A stretch of DNA of 32,000 nucleotides from PVC group bacterium. Its GTDB lineage: Bacteria > GCA-001730085 > JADFSZ01. Location: the NCBI GenBank assembly GCA_022560555.1, contig JADFSZ010000002.1, positions 3,843 through 35,842 on the forward strand. Direction: 5' to 3'. A program made the position numbers and the translations under genes. The notes below the pieces were generated by a model, which saw nothing but the letters and a program-made list of their open reading frames with translations, searched no databases and was not told the origin of the DNA. This document shows, piece by piece, positions 8,455 through 17,200 of the stretch (position 1 is its first letter; each line of letters opens with the position of its first letter).

Positions 8455-10251
8455 AAGGCACTCCACGGAACACCGTTTCAGGTTCCGGTTGATCTTTTTT
8501 ATCAATCAGGAAATTTTCTAAAACAAGATAGTCTATCCCCGTCCGCATAAAACACCGCCAGGCATCCTCCGGGGAGCACACGATCGGCTCGCCCCTAACA
8601 TTAAACGATGTGTTGATCAGAACAGGACAAGCCGTTAAATCTTCAAACGCTTTAATGAGCTGATAAAAGTCCGGGTGATCGGCTTTATCGACAGTTTGAA
8701 CGCGACTTGAATAATCGACGTGAGTCACGGAAGGGATCATCGAACGGACAAGCGAAAGCTTTTCAAACCCTTCTTTGCCTTGGGGCTCACCGCCGCCTCT
8801 TTGGGCCGCGGAGGCCACATCAGCGACAAGAAGCATGTATGGACTGGGCTCTTTAAGATCAAAATATTCTTCTTTTTTTTCGTTTAAAACAACCGGAGCA
8901 AACGGACGGAAACTTTCCCGGAATTTGATTTTTAGATTTAGCTTTGCCTGCATTGCGGAGTCCCGCGGATCGGCAATAATACTTCTGGCCCCTAAGGCTC
9001 GCGCCCCGAATTCCATAGGCCCCCGAAACCATCCGATGACATTTTGCTGGGCTATCAAACCGGCAACGTTTTGAAACAAGACTTCATCTTCCAGTTTTTT
9101 GTATTTAATATTTTCCCGATCTAAAAACGACTGAATATCTGTCTCTTTGTAGCAGGGGCCTAGCAAAGAGAGCTTCTGATCATCATGATGATTGTGTCTG
9201 TGCCGTTTATGTTCTTTATTTTGATACCAGGCAATAAGAGCCGCCCCGAGAGCGCCGCCCGCGTCTCCGCTGGCCGGTTGAATCCAAATCTTCTCGAAAG
9301 AGCCGTCTTTGAGGATTTTGCCATTTGCGACACAGTTAAGAGCGACGCCGCCGGCTAAACACAAATTTTTCATTTTCGTTTCTTTCCGGATATGACGGGC
9401 CATCTTTACCATAATATCTTCTGTAACATTTTGAATGGATCGGGCTATATCCATTTCTTTTTGCGTGATTTTTGTTTCCGGTTTTCTTGGTTTCCCGCCG
9501 AATAATTTATGAAATTTTCGATGGGTCATCGTTAATCCTGAGCCATAATTAAAATAGCTCATATTCAGATGAAAAGATCCGTCTTCCTTTACATCAATTA
9601 AGTGATCCGAATCAATTTTTCATAAGAAGGCTCTCCGTACGGAGCCAAGCCCATCAGTTTGTACTCGCCGGAGTTCACCCGAAATCCTGCATAATAGGTA
9701 AAAGCAGAATAAAGAAGGCCCAACGAATGAGGAAACCGTATTTCATTTTCGAGAGTGATATCTGTATCACGGCCCACCCCGAAGGTGCATGTTTGCCATT
9801 CCCCCACTCCATCGACAGTAAAAATCGCTGATTCCTTGAACGGAGACGGATAAAAAGCCGAAGCGGCATGACTGGCATGATGCGCGGGAAAAAGAATTTC
9901 GTATCGGCCGGATAGTTCTTGCCGGATCAAATCTTTGATCCATAATTTTTGTTTCAACCAAATCGGGATAGCTTTAAGAAACGAGGGGAATCCAATAGGG
10001 ACATAGTCCAGATAGGTTTCTATGAGGCGCTCGAATTTAAGAAAGGGCTTTTCGTAAAAACTCACGACCGACAAATCATGACTCGTGATTTTAGCTTCAT
10101 TGAGGCAGAACCGAATAGCACGAGAGGGAAAAGAGCTATCATGCTTTTTTCTTGTAAAACGTTCTTCTTGTGCCGCAAACAAAATTTCGCCGTCTTTGAT
10201 AAGGCACGCGGCACTGTCATGATAGTAGGCTGAGATTCCTAGAATGTACAT
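8438..10251 (-). pseudogene. carbamoyltransferase (NodU/CmcH family) split by a single-base frameshift
   Basis: The N-terminal ORF 9598..10251 (MYILGISAYYHDSAACL..GLAPYGEPSYEKLIRIT*) and the C-terminal ORF 8438..9562 are two halves of one roughly 600-aa carbamoyltransferase. The second frame is open from 9619 and reads ..SDHLIDVKEDGSFHLNMSYFNYGSGLTM. One extra base near 9607-9609 (CGG AT to CGG GAT) restores ..EKLIRDHLIDVKEDGSF... Confidence 0.8.
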
Positions 10252-10371
10252 AAGGGATATGGGTTTGGAAAATTAAAGATACAGGTCTAATCAAAGGCGT
10301 GAATCATCCGCCTTATAAAGGGATCAGGCTGTCAATTCATTTCCCCGGGATTCACACGGACATCCGGGGCG

Positions 10372-11670
10372 CTAACATTTAGCTTCACATTGTTTGGAGA
10401 TACGGATCGTTTGATCCCTTTTTGACCCCACAGAAACCAATTCGATGTTCGCTTCAAGAAGTTCTTCGATGCGATCAAGATAGTTTTTGAGCTCTTGAGG
10501 GAATTCCTCATATTGAGTCAACCCGGTCGTATCTGTCTTCCATCCCGGATGTTCTTCATAAATCGGTTTGCATCGTTTCAAGATGTCGATTGAGTTCGGA
10601 AAACGATCGAGGATTTTTCCGTCACATTCATACCGGGTGCATATTTTAATAGTTTCAAGCTCATCAAGGACATCCAGTTTTGTCACAGCCAGAGCATTGA
10701 TCCCGTTAATCATGACCGCGTACCGGGTCACAACCGCATCCAGCCAGCCGCACCGGCGAGGGCGGCCCGTTGTCGCTCCAAACTCTTCACCTTTTGCGCG
10801 GATTTTTTCTCCGAATTCCGGAGGGAACTCTGTAGGGAGAGGACCTTCTCCGACCCGGGTTGAATACGCTTTAACGACGCCCATGGCTTTTTCGATTTTC
10901 GTCGGTCCGACACCCGTTCCCGTACAGGCTCCGCCGCACGTTGAATTGGATGATGTCACATAGGGATACGTTCCATGATCGACGTCAAGCAGGGTCCCCT
11001 GAGCGCCTTCAAACAAAACGGACTTTCCTTGATCGATGGCTTCGTTCAATATCCATGATACGTCAGCAATATACTCTTTTAACTCCCCGGCAATCTGGAT
11101 ATATTCATCAAAAATATCTTTTGTCACAAAACTGCCCAAGCCGTATATTTTACTCATAATTTCATTTTTTTCTTTAAGATTATCCTCAAGCTTCTTGTAG
11201 AAAACATCCCGGTCCAATACATCCCCCACACGAATTCCGGTACGCGCGATTTTGTCCACATAGGCCGGCCCAATCCCGCGACCGGTCGTGCCGATCTTTT
11301 CAAGCCCTTTACGTTCTTCTTTAATCTTATCGAGTGCTTTATGATACGGAAAAATCAAATGGGCGTATTGACTGATAAAAAGCCGCCCCTTAACAGAGAT
11401 CCCTTGCGATTCTAGTCCCTTGATTTCGGAATAAAGATCCGCGAGATCGATAACAACGCCGTTGCCGATAACACAGATTTTGTCTTTGTGAAGAATCCCG
11501 GATGGAATGAGGTGAAGAATATATCTGTCGTCTCCGATCACGACCGTGTGTCCGGCATTGTTTCCCCCTTGATAACGAACAATATAGTCCGCCTCAACTG
11601 TGAGGTAATCTACAATTTTCCCTTTGCCTTCGTCACCCCACTGGGCACCCACAATCACGATATTGGACAT
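10372..11670 (-). CDS. purA: adenylosuccinate synthase
   Basis: 432 aa. It has the canonical N-terminus MSNIVIVGAQWGDEGKGKIVDYL, plus GGNNAGHTV, TTGRGIGPAY and GTTGRPRRCGWLD. Confidence 0.95.
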   Translation of the reverse strand: MSNIVIVGAQWGDEGKGKIVDYLTVEADYIVRYQGGNNAGHTVVIGDDRYILHLIPSGILHKDKICVIGNGVVIDLADLYSEIKGLESQGISVKGRLFISQYAHLIFPYHKALDKIKEERKGLEKIGTTGRGIGPAYVDKIARTGIRVGDVLDRDVFYKKLEDNLKEKNEIMSKIYGLGSFVTKDIFDEYIQIAGELKEYIADVSWILNEAIDQGKSVLFEGAQGTLLDVDHGTYPYVTSSNSTCGGACTGTGVGPTKIEKAMGVVKAYSTRVGEGPLPTEFPPEFGEKIRAKGEEFGATTGRPRRCGWLDAVVTRYAVMINGINALAVTKLDVLDELETIKICTRYECDGKILDRFPNSIDILKRCKPIYEEHPGWKTDTTGLTQYEEFPQELKNYLDRIEELLEANIELVSVGSKRDQTIRISKQCEAKC

Positions 11671-11706
11671 TACGATCCTCTTTGAGGAAATACTATAAAC
11701 AAGTGT

Positions 11707-11741
11707 ATAAGAAATAAAGGCTTCGGGGCAATCCCGGAGCC
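11707..11741 (-). terminator. candidate intrinsic terminator or attenuator hairpin just upstream of purA
   Basis: The minus strand reads GGCTCCGGG-ATTGC-CCCGAAGCC (9-bp GC-rich stem with one C/A mismatch, 11719..11741) followed by TTTATTTCTTAT. It lies 49 nt upstream of the purA ATG. Confidence 0.4.
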
Positions 11742-11793
11742 GAAAAAACCACGCAGAAAACTAACATACCTCCCGTGGGGAGTCAAGCATTGA

Positions 11794-11853
11794 TTTTCCC
11801 TGTCTTTTCCCTTTAGAACTTTTCCCTTTTAGAATCTTTCCCTTTAAAAAAGG
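11794..11853. repeat. four tandem pyrimidine-rich units (TTTTCCCT..; AAAGGGAAA on the minus strand)
   Basis: The plus strand reads ttttccctgtc / ttttccctttagaac / ttttcccttttagaatc / tttccctttaaaaaagg, back to back, in the purA-CheY intergenic region. Confidence 0.7.
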
Positions 11854-11911
11854 TGCGCTTCAGGAAAGACATGAAGACCCCCGCGCTCTTTTGCCCACGA
11901 GATGATGGCAC

Positions 11912-11939
11912 AAAAAAACCTTGCTTCCTTTGGGCAAGG
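11912..11939 (-). terminator. candidate rho-independent terminator of the pilus/secretion operon
   Basis: The minus strand reads CCTTGC-CCAAAGGAA-GCAAGG followed by TTTTTTT, 53 nt downstream of the CheY stop at 11992. Confidence 0.5.
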
Positions 11940-11991
11940 ATGGTCAAACACCTGGGTAATCTGTCGACATCACAGAGTGTCTTTTTAATAT

Positions 11992-12366
11992 TTACACAGC
12001 CGGCCCGATATATTTATTAATCTTTTGAAGGAGGTCCTCCGGATCATACGGTTTGCTGAGATAATCATCGGCTCCGACTTTTTCGCCCAAATGCCGGTCC
12101 TCATCCGTTGATTTTGCCGAAGAAATGATGATCGGAATATGCTTATATTTCTCGTCAAATTTTAATAAGCGGCACACCTCATATCCTTCCATCTTCGGCA
12201 TCATGAGATCCAAGATGATCAGATCCGGGTTTTGTGATCTCGCTTTTTCCAGGCCTTCGGCTCCATCTGAAGCGGTCAACACCTCATAGCCTGACGCTTT
12301 AAGACGCATTGACAGGAGTTTTGTGATATTCGGTTCATCCTCCACAAACAGTATTTTTTTAGCCAT
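11992..12366 (-). CDS. stand-alone CheY-like response regulator (receiver domain only)
   Basis: 124 aa: KKILFVEDEPN..DLIILDLMMPKMEGYEV..IPIIISSAK..GADDYLSKPYDPEDL. There is no output domain. It is the last gene of the operon. Confidence 0.85.
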   Translation of the reverse strand: MAKKILFVEDEPNITKLLSMRLKASGYEVLTASDGAEGLEKARSQNPDLIILDLMMPKMEGYEVCRLLKFDEKYKHIPIIISSAKSTDEDRHLGEKVGADDYLSKPYDPEDLLQKINKYIGPAV

Positions 12367-12436
12367 TCTCTATTTCCCCTCATTCGATGTTGTTCATGTG
12401 CGCGTCATAGCATAGCCGTGAGTTCATTTCCCCCTC

Positions 12437-13699
12437 TCAGGGTCTAACAAATAAAGCGGCCCCCCGGGGCTCCATTTTGACAACTTCAAGATCTACGAGA
12501 CCGCGTAAGAATACCACATTCTCTTTGCCCTTGTCAAAATCGTAGTCATACCGTCCGTCCGGACCTAAACTTAAAAAATTAAGCGGAATATCCGTCGTCA
12601 AATTCACATTCTCACTTAAGACAACGTGGCCCGGAGGATACTCGACCATGTATTTCGTGATCACAGGCGCGTCATGGTCATATCCTAAGGTGACTTGAAT
12701 GCGCCACATACGCCCCGTCTCGGGTTTGGCCTCTAGAACAATCCGATCGCCGCTCTCAAAGGTTCGGATATTCGCTAGGCTAAAAACACGTATATGTTCT
12801 GAGTCCGGAATCCGGATCCGTGTTCCCTCGGCGATGAGCAAGCCCGACCCGGAACTCCGGGTATTTCGCATATGAACAAACGCTGTTCCTGTTTTTTGGG
12901 TTTGAATATCTTTTTCTTGAGCGTGTCCTATCGACGCGGTCACACTTACTTTGACGGCCGAAATATTGGGGATGTTTACTTTCAAAGGAGAGAGTTCCTG
13001 GTTCATGTTATTAAAATACTGAAAATGACATTGAGAAATTTTACCTCCCGAGGGCAGCCGCCCCGGAATCGATTGCGTCAGGCCCCGGTAGGTACGACTG
13101 AGACTATCATCTTTCCAGGAGAGTGTCATCGCGCAGTCCGGAAAATGTTCGGCATCCGGATGGAATATAAAACGAATGCGATCACCCGCGCGAACCGCCT
13201 GGGTGAGATAAACTTTATCATTCAGTTCCCGGGCGCGTTCTTTTTCCCCGGGCACAAATGTCACCGGTATTTGAGACCATTTCTCTTTTCCGGATTCCGA
13301 CACTTCTTCCAAGATTTCGGCAATCGGCGTAAAGCTTCCGGGTTTATACGGACGGTTGAGGATAAACGGTTTTTGTGCGGCCGTTCGAGACGATTGATGA
13401 ACGAATGAAGGATCATGGGTCTCGTCCGTCCATAAAGGAACAAACCGAATGAAAGTTTCCCCAAGATCCAAAATTTCCAGAGAATCTTTGACGCCAAGAT
13501 TGTCAAAACCTCCCTGAATGATTTCTTCGAGACAATCATCTATGGCTTTTTCGAGAAGGATCTCCTGTTGGCTATACGTGTAAGCGTCCAGGCTGGCTTG
13601 AAGCATATACAGCGTGACTCCCGTCAGCATGCCTGCGATCGCGATCGCGATCAAGAGCTCCAAGAGCGTTAGCCCTTTGTGGTTTAGCCGTTTGTCCAT
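12437..13699 (-). CDS. unusually large pseudopilin (prepilin-type N-terminal cleavage/methylation domain, about 420 aa)
   Basis: The ATG at 13699 is preceded by AAGAGGGG and follows the upstream stop at 13722; the track start at 13756 is TTG. The N-terminus MDKRLNHKG/LTLLELLIAIAIAGMLTGV is a class III signal with Glu at +5. The remaining roughly 390 aa have no family I recognise. Confidence 0.7.
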   Translation of the reverse strand: MDKRLNHKGLTLLELLIAIAIAGMLTGVTLYMLQASLDAYTYSQQEILLEKAIDDCLEEIIQGGFDNLGVKDSLEILDLGETFIRFVPLWTDETHDPSFVHQSSRTAAQKPFILNRPYKPGSFTPIAEILEEVSESGKEKWSQIPVTFVPGEKERARELNDKVYLTQAVRAGDRIRFIFHPDAEHFPDCAMTLSWKDDSLSRTYRGLTQSIPGRLPSGGKISQCHFQYFNNMNQELSPLKVNIPNISAVKVSVTASIGHAQEKDIQTQKTGTAFVHMRNTRSSGSGLLIAEGTRIRIPDSEHIRVFSLANIRTFESGDRIVLEAKPETGRMWRIQVTLGYDHDAPVITKYMVEYPPGHVVLSENVNLTTDIPLNFLSLGPDGRYDYDFDKGKENVVFLRGLVDLEVVKMEPRGAALFVRP

Positions 13700-13721
13700 G
13701 CCGGACACCCCTCTTATTTTT

Positions 13722-14210
13722 TTATTCCACGCTGTTAAACCAATCCAGGTCTTCAATGAGTGTCACGGCTTGGGCTTCCGGGAGCCCCTCAGGTTCCGAA
13801 AGAGTCGCCTCTGTTAGCTGGTAAGCCAAAATGCGAACTTCCAGAGGATCTGTTTGAAGATCCACCGTTCTCTTTATACGCCAGTACTTTTTGTTCAGTG
13901 TAACGGGAGCCTCATCCAGGGGCGGATCCCAAACATCGCCTAAAGCTTTTAGTTGGGCCTCCGTAAGCCCCATGTTTTTAACTTTTTCCATTCCTTCCTG
14001 GATCAGATATCTGGCGGTAGTCAAGTCCTGATCCATAGACACTTGTTCCAAAGAAGCTGTAAACATGCGCATGAGAGGAACAAACACAATGGCAATTACG
14101 GCAAGCGTGATGAGAAGCTCGATGAATGTAAAACCCTTTTTAGTTCGGAGGGCAAAACGCATTCTCTGTGATCTCTGTGTGCTCTGTGGTGAAGGTCTTA
14201 AAAAAGTCAT
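13722..14210 (-). CDS. pseudopilin (prepilin-type N-terminal cleavage/methylation domain)
   Basis: Motif KKG/FTFIELLITLAVIAIVFVPL. The ATG at 14210 overlaps the stop of the 1194-aa gene (ATGA). An alternative ATG at 14162 gives the short leader MRFALRTKKG. Confidence 0.7.
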   Translation of the reverse strand: MTFLRPSPQSTQRSQRMRFALRTKKGFTFIELLITLAVIAIVFVPLMRMFTASLEQVSMDQDLTTARYLIQEGMEKVKNMGLTEAQLKALGDVWDPPLDEAPVTLNKKYWRIKRTVDLQTDPLEVRILAYQLTEATLSEPEGLPEAQAVTLIEDLDWFNSVE

Positions 14211-17200
14211 GGAATTTCTCGATAAAGCTGCACGCCCACACCGGTCCTGGAAACGGTACCAAACTGCACGGTCCCATCTTGCGGAATCAGGATGGGATCC
14301 GACGTTGGTGTTACTGTAACGGTTTCTGCCTCATCATCCGTTACGGCGATCGTGGCTTTGCCCTGCGACACACTCACAGCAATGGTTTCGGCTGGTGATG
14401 TCGCGGAGGCGTTATCCGCCAGAAACTCTTCTAAAACAATGATGAAAATGGTCGCACTATCTTGTAAAAGAATCTCCCCGTTGGCATCGAGCAGCTGCAC
14501 GTTTACGCTTACCGTCCCGACCGGACCGGAGGTTGAAATAACCTGAATCGTCCCCTGTTTAATAGTGATAGCTTCAGAGTCTCCCGTTACCGTTGTGTGT
14601 ACGGTATCTGTGACGGTTAATGTTGTTTCAATCTCATCCGATCCGGCACTGGTTTCAAACAAATGTATACCTGCATCCACAGCAGTGAATGTATAATCAT
14701 CGGGAAGTGCCAGATCATCTCCCGCGAAGGTGACGGTTCCCTGATAATTGGATATGCTTGCGTCATTAAAATCCCGCGCGGTGACGATGGCTGAGAATTC
14801 CTCATCAATGTAAAAGTATGTTCGGAACGCCGGAATGGCCGATAGTGTTAAGAGTAAATCCTTGGGAATAAATGTGATCTCAACGGAAATTCCCGTTTGA
14901 GTTGTGAGGGTCGTATCCGTGGACGTGATCGTGATCGTTCCCCATTTGTCATAGATCATGTCCGTGATGACGGCAACACCGTTCGTCCAATTGGTAGATG
15001 AAAGAGTTGTCGTGTTTAAGGCTCCGGATTGATCGGCCGCGGGCGAAATCGTATTCACAGTTAAAGTGGTCGAGCCCAAATAATTCGGGCATGGGACTCC
15101 GGCGGCATTGCGAGCCGTTACGGTTAATGTAAAAGGTTTATTGACGGTGTGAAGCGCGGACGCGGTATCATCCAGTTCTGTTCCCACAACTGTAAAGTCA
15201 AACGGGACAAACAAAATGTTTCCGGTAATACCCGTGACCGTGGGATCGCTTGCATCCGTTGCTGTGATCGTAATTGTCCCACAATCCGAAAAAGTTTGAT
15301 TCGTCAAGGTGGCGACTCCTTCAACAAACGCGGAGGTGGATGTCACGCCTAAAGTGGCCAAGCCGGAATCCGGTGACACGAAACTAACCGTCATGTTTGC
15401 TGTTCCGGAATAACCCGTGAAGACGCCCCCTGTATTGTCTAAAGCCGTAATGGTTATGGTAAAATTAGTTCCGGCAATTTGCGGGCTAGAAACTGTGACG
15501 GAAAATGAGTTCACATTCGTACTGATGGTGAATTGTTGTGTGGCATCGGTCCATCCTTGGGACGGATTTTCCGAAGCGGTAAGGGTCGGGGTACCGACTT
15601 GCGAATCCCGGTAATAAAATTCGGCCGTGCTTTGCCCTGAGGAGATGGTGATTTGTGTGATGGTTGTTGCAAATGAACTGTTATCGGAAAATGTTCCTTG
15701 CGCGGATGAACTTGTGAGATCCAGCACAGTGTCTGACGAGACATTAACGGCATCACCGGAAGAGTTTTGGGTCTGTACAGTGATCACGCTTGAGATCTGA
15801 TTTTGAACTAATGTTTGGGGTGATGTCGTAAAAACAATCTGACTGATAGCATCAATAATTATATCAGCTGACACAGCCGTATCTTGATCAATCGTGATGC
15901 TTCCGCCCAACGTTTGCGTTTTAATCGAATAAGTTCCCGTTGAACCCGCCGAGCTTGGATTCGTGATACTGTTAATCTGGAAACTGACAGCTGTTGAACT
16001 CGAAACTTTTGTTCCGCCGCTTCTGGTGATCGTGATCACATCATTGGTGCCGTCCCCGTTGGATGTTGCGACGGAGAAACTTCCGTCAATGCCTGATGCC
16101 GAGGACACGGTATCCGAACCCGTTCCGTTAAACCCGGACGGAAAATCAATAACAATCAAACCATTGATCGGAATCACATTGGCTGTGGTAAAACTGATCG
16201 TCACGAGACCCTCCGCACCTGCCGAGAGAGAGTCTGGCTCGACATCCGTGCTTGTGAGTGTTCCCGGGACAAAAAACCAGTTCGTGTTTCCACCGCTGTC
16301 GGTTGAATTTGTGGCAAAAATATCTTGGCCCGTCGCATTGGAGTCTTTCACATCGACAAAATCGGCTTGATACGTGGCCCCGGTGTTGACGTTAAGTGTC
16401 CAAGCAGAGTTGTTTTGATCACTTTTTAGTGTGACAAGGCTCCCTGATGATCCCGTAAAATTGATGGCGGCACCGCTCGCAACGGAAACGGTATCGGCAT
16501 TATCGATTGTATACGTAAAACCTCCGTCAAAATCCAAGGTCCCGGCCGTCACGGTAATATTTTGAATCCCGGTACAGGTTCCTGTCAGAGTCACGGTCCC
16601 TGAAGATTTATTGATCGTGAGATTATCCTGAAAATCTCCGCCGGAATTTCCCGTAATTGTTTGATCTCCCGTGGCTGTTAAAGACAAACTTGTGGTACCC
16701 CCGTCGGCAGAAGCGCCGACGGTCACGTTGCCCTCAGGCGCCAGTGTCCCTCCGTTGATCGTGTAGTTTGTCAGACTTAATGTTCCGGTGATTGTCAGCG
16801 TCGTTCCGGCGCCAATCGTTACGGTCTTGTTACCCCCCCCGGAATCAAAGGTAAGATGATTAAAGCTCATGGATCCTGTTATATTCAAATTATTGTCCGC
16901 AAAGACCACCGTGGAGCTCCCGGCATCCACGGTTCCCTGGGTATACGTCCAATCACTGCCTGTTCGAATGATGCTGGCCAATGTCAGTGTTCCCGATGAT
17001 TTATTGATGTTGACAGCGGGACATTCTCCTGTTGAGGCCGATCCGCCGCCGGTAAACGTTTGAGCTGATGTACCTGAAATATCAAGTGTCGCTGATCCTC
17101 CGTCAAACGTTGTGGCCAGATTGATAGCTCCTTTGCTTCCCAGCGTTCCCGTGTTCACGGTTCCGTCTGTCAGATTCAGTGTTCCGTTGACTGTGAGTGT

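Noticed and set aside
9598-9622. Programmed -1 ribosomal frameshifting in the carbamoyltransferase.
   Set aside because: There is no in-frame canonical slippery heptamer and no obvious downstream stimulatory structure. A 1-nt indel in a short G run is the simpler explanation. It stays in the findings only as something to verify in the reads.
11671-11800. A purine or ZTP riboswitch upstream of purA.
   Set aside because: I could not find the conserved cores of either class (the purine three-way junction loops or the ZTP pfl motif). Only a generic terminator-like hairpin is present.
12872-13408. Long plus-strand ORFs antisense to the minus-strand genes. Examples are 12872-13408 (178 aa), 17201-17656 (151 aa), 17112-17501, 15963-16370, 19492-19875 and 10568-10963.
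   Set aside because: All lie fully inside well-supported minus-strand genes. They have low-complexity or skewed composition, no recognisable motifs and no SD sequences. They are typical shadow ORFs.
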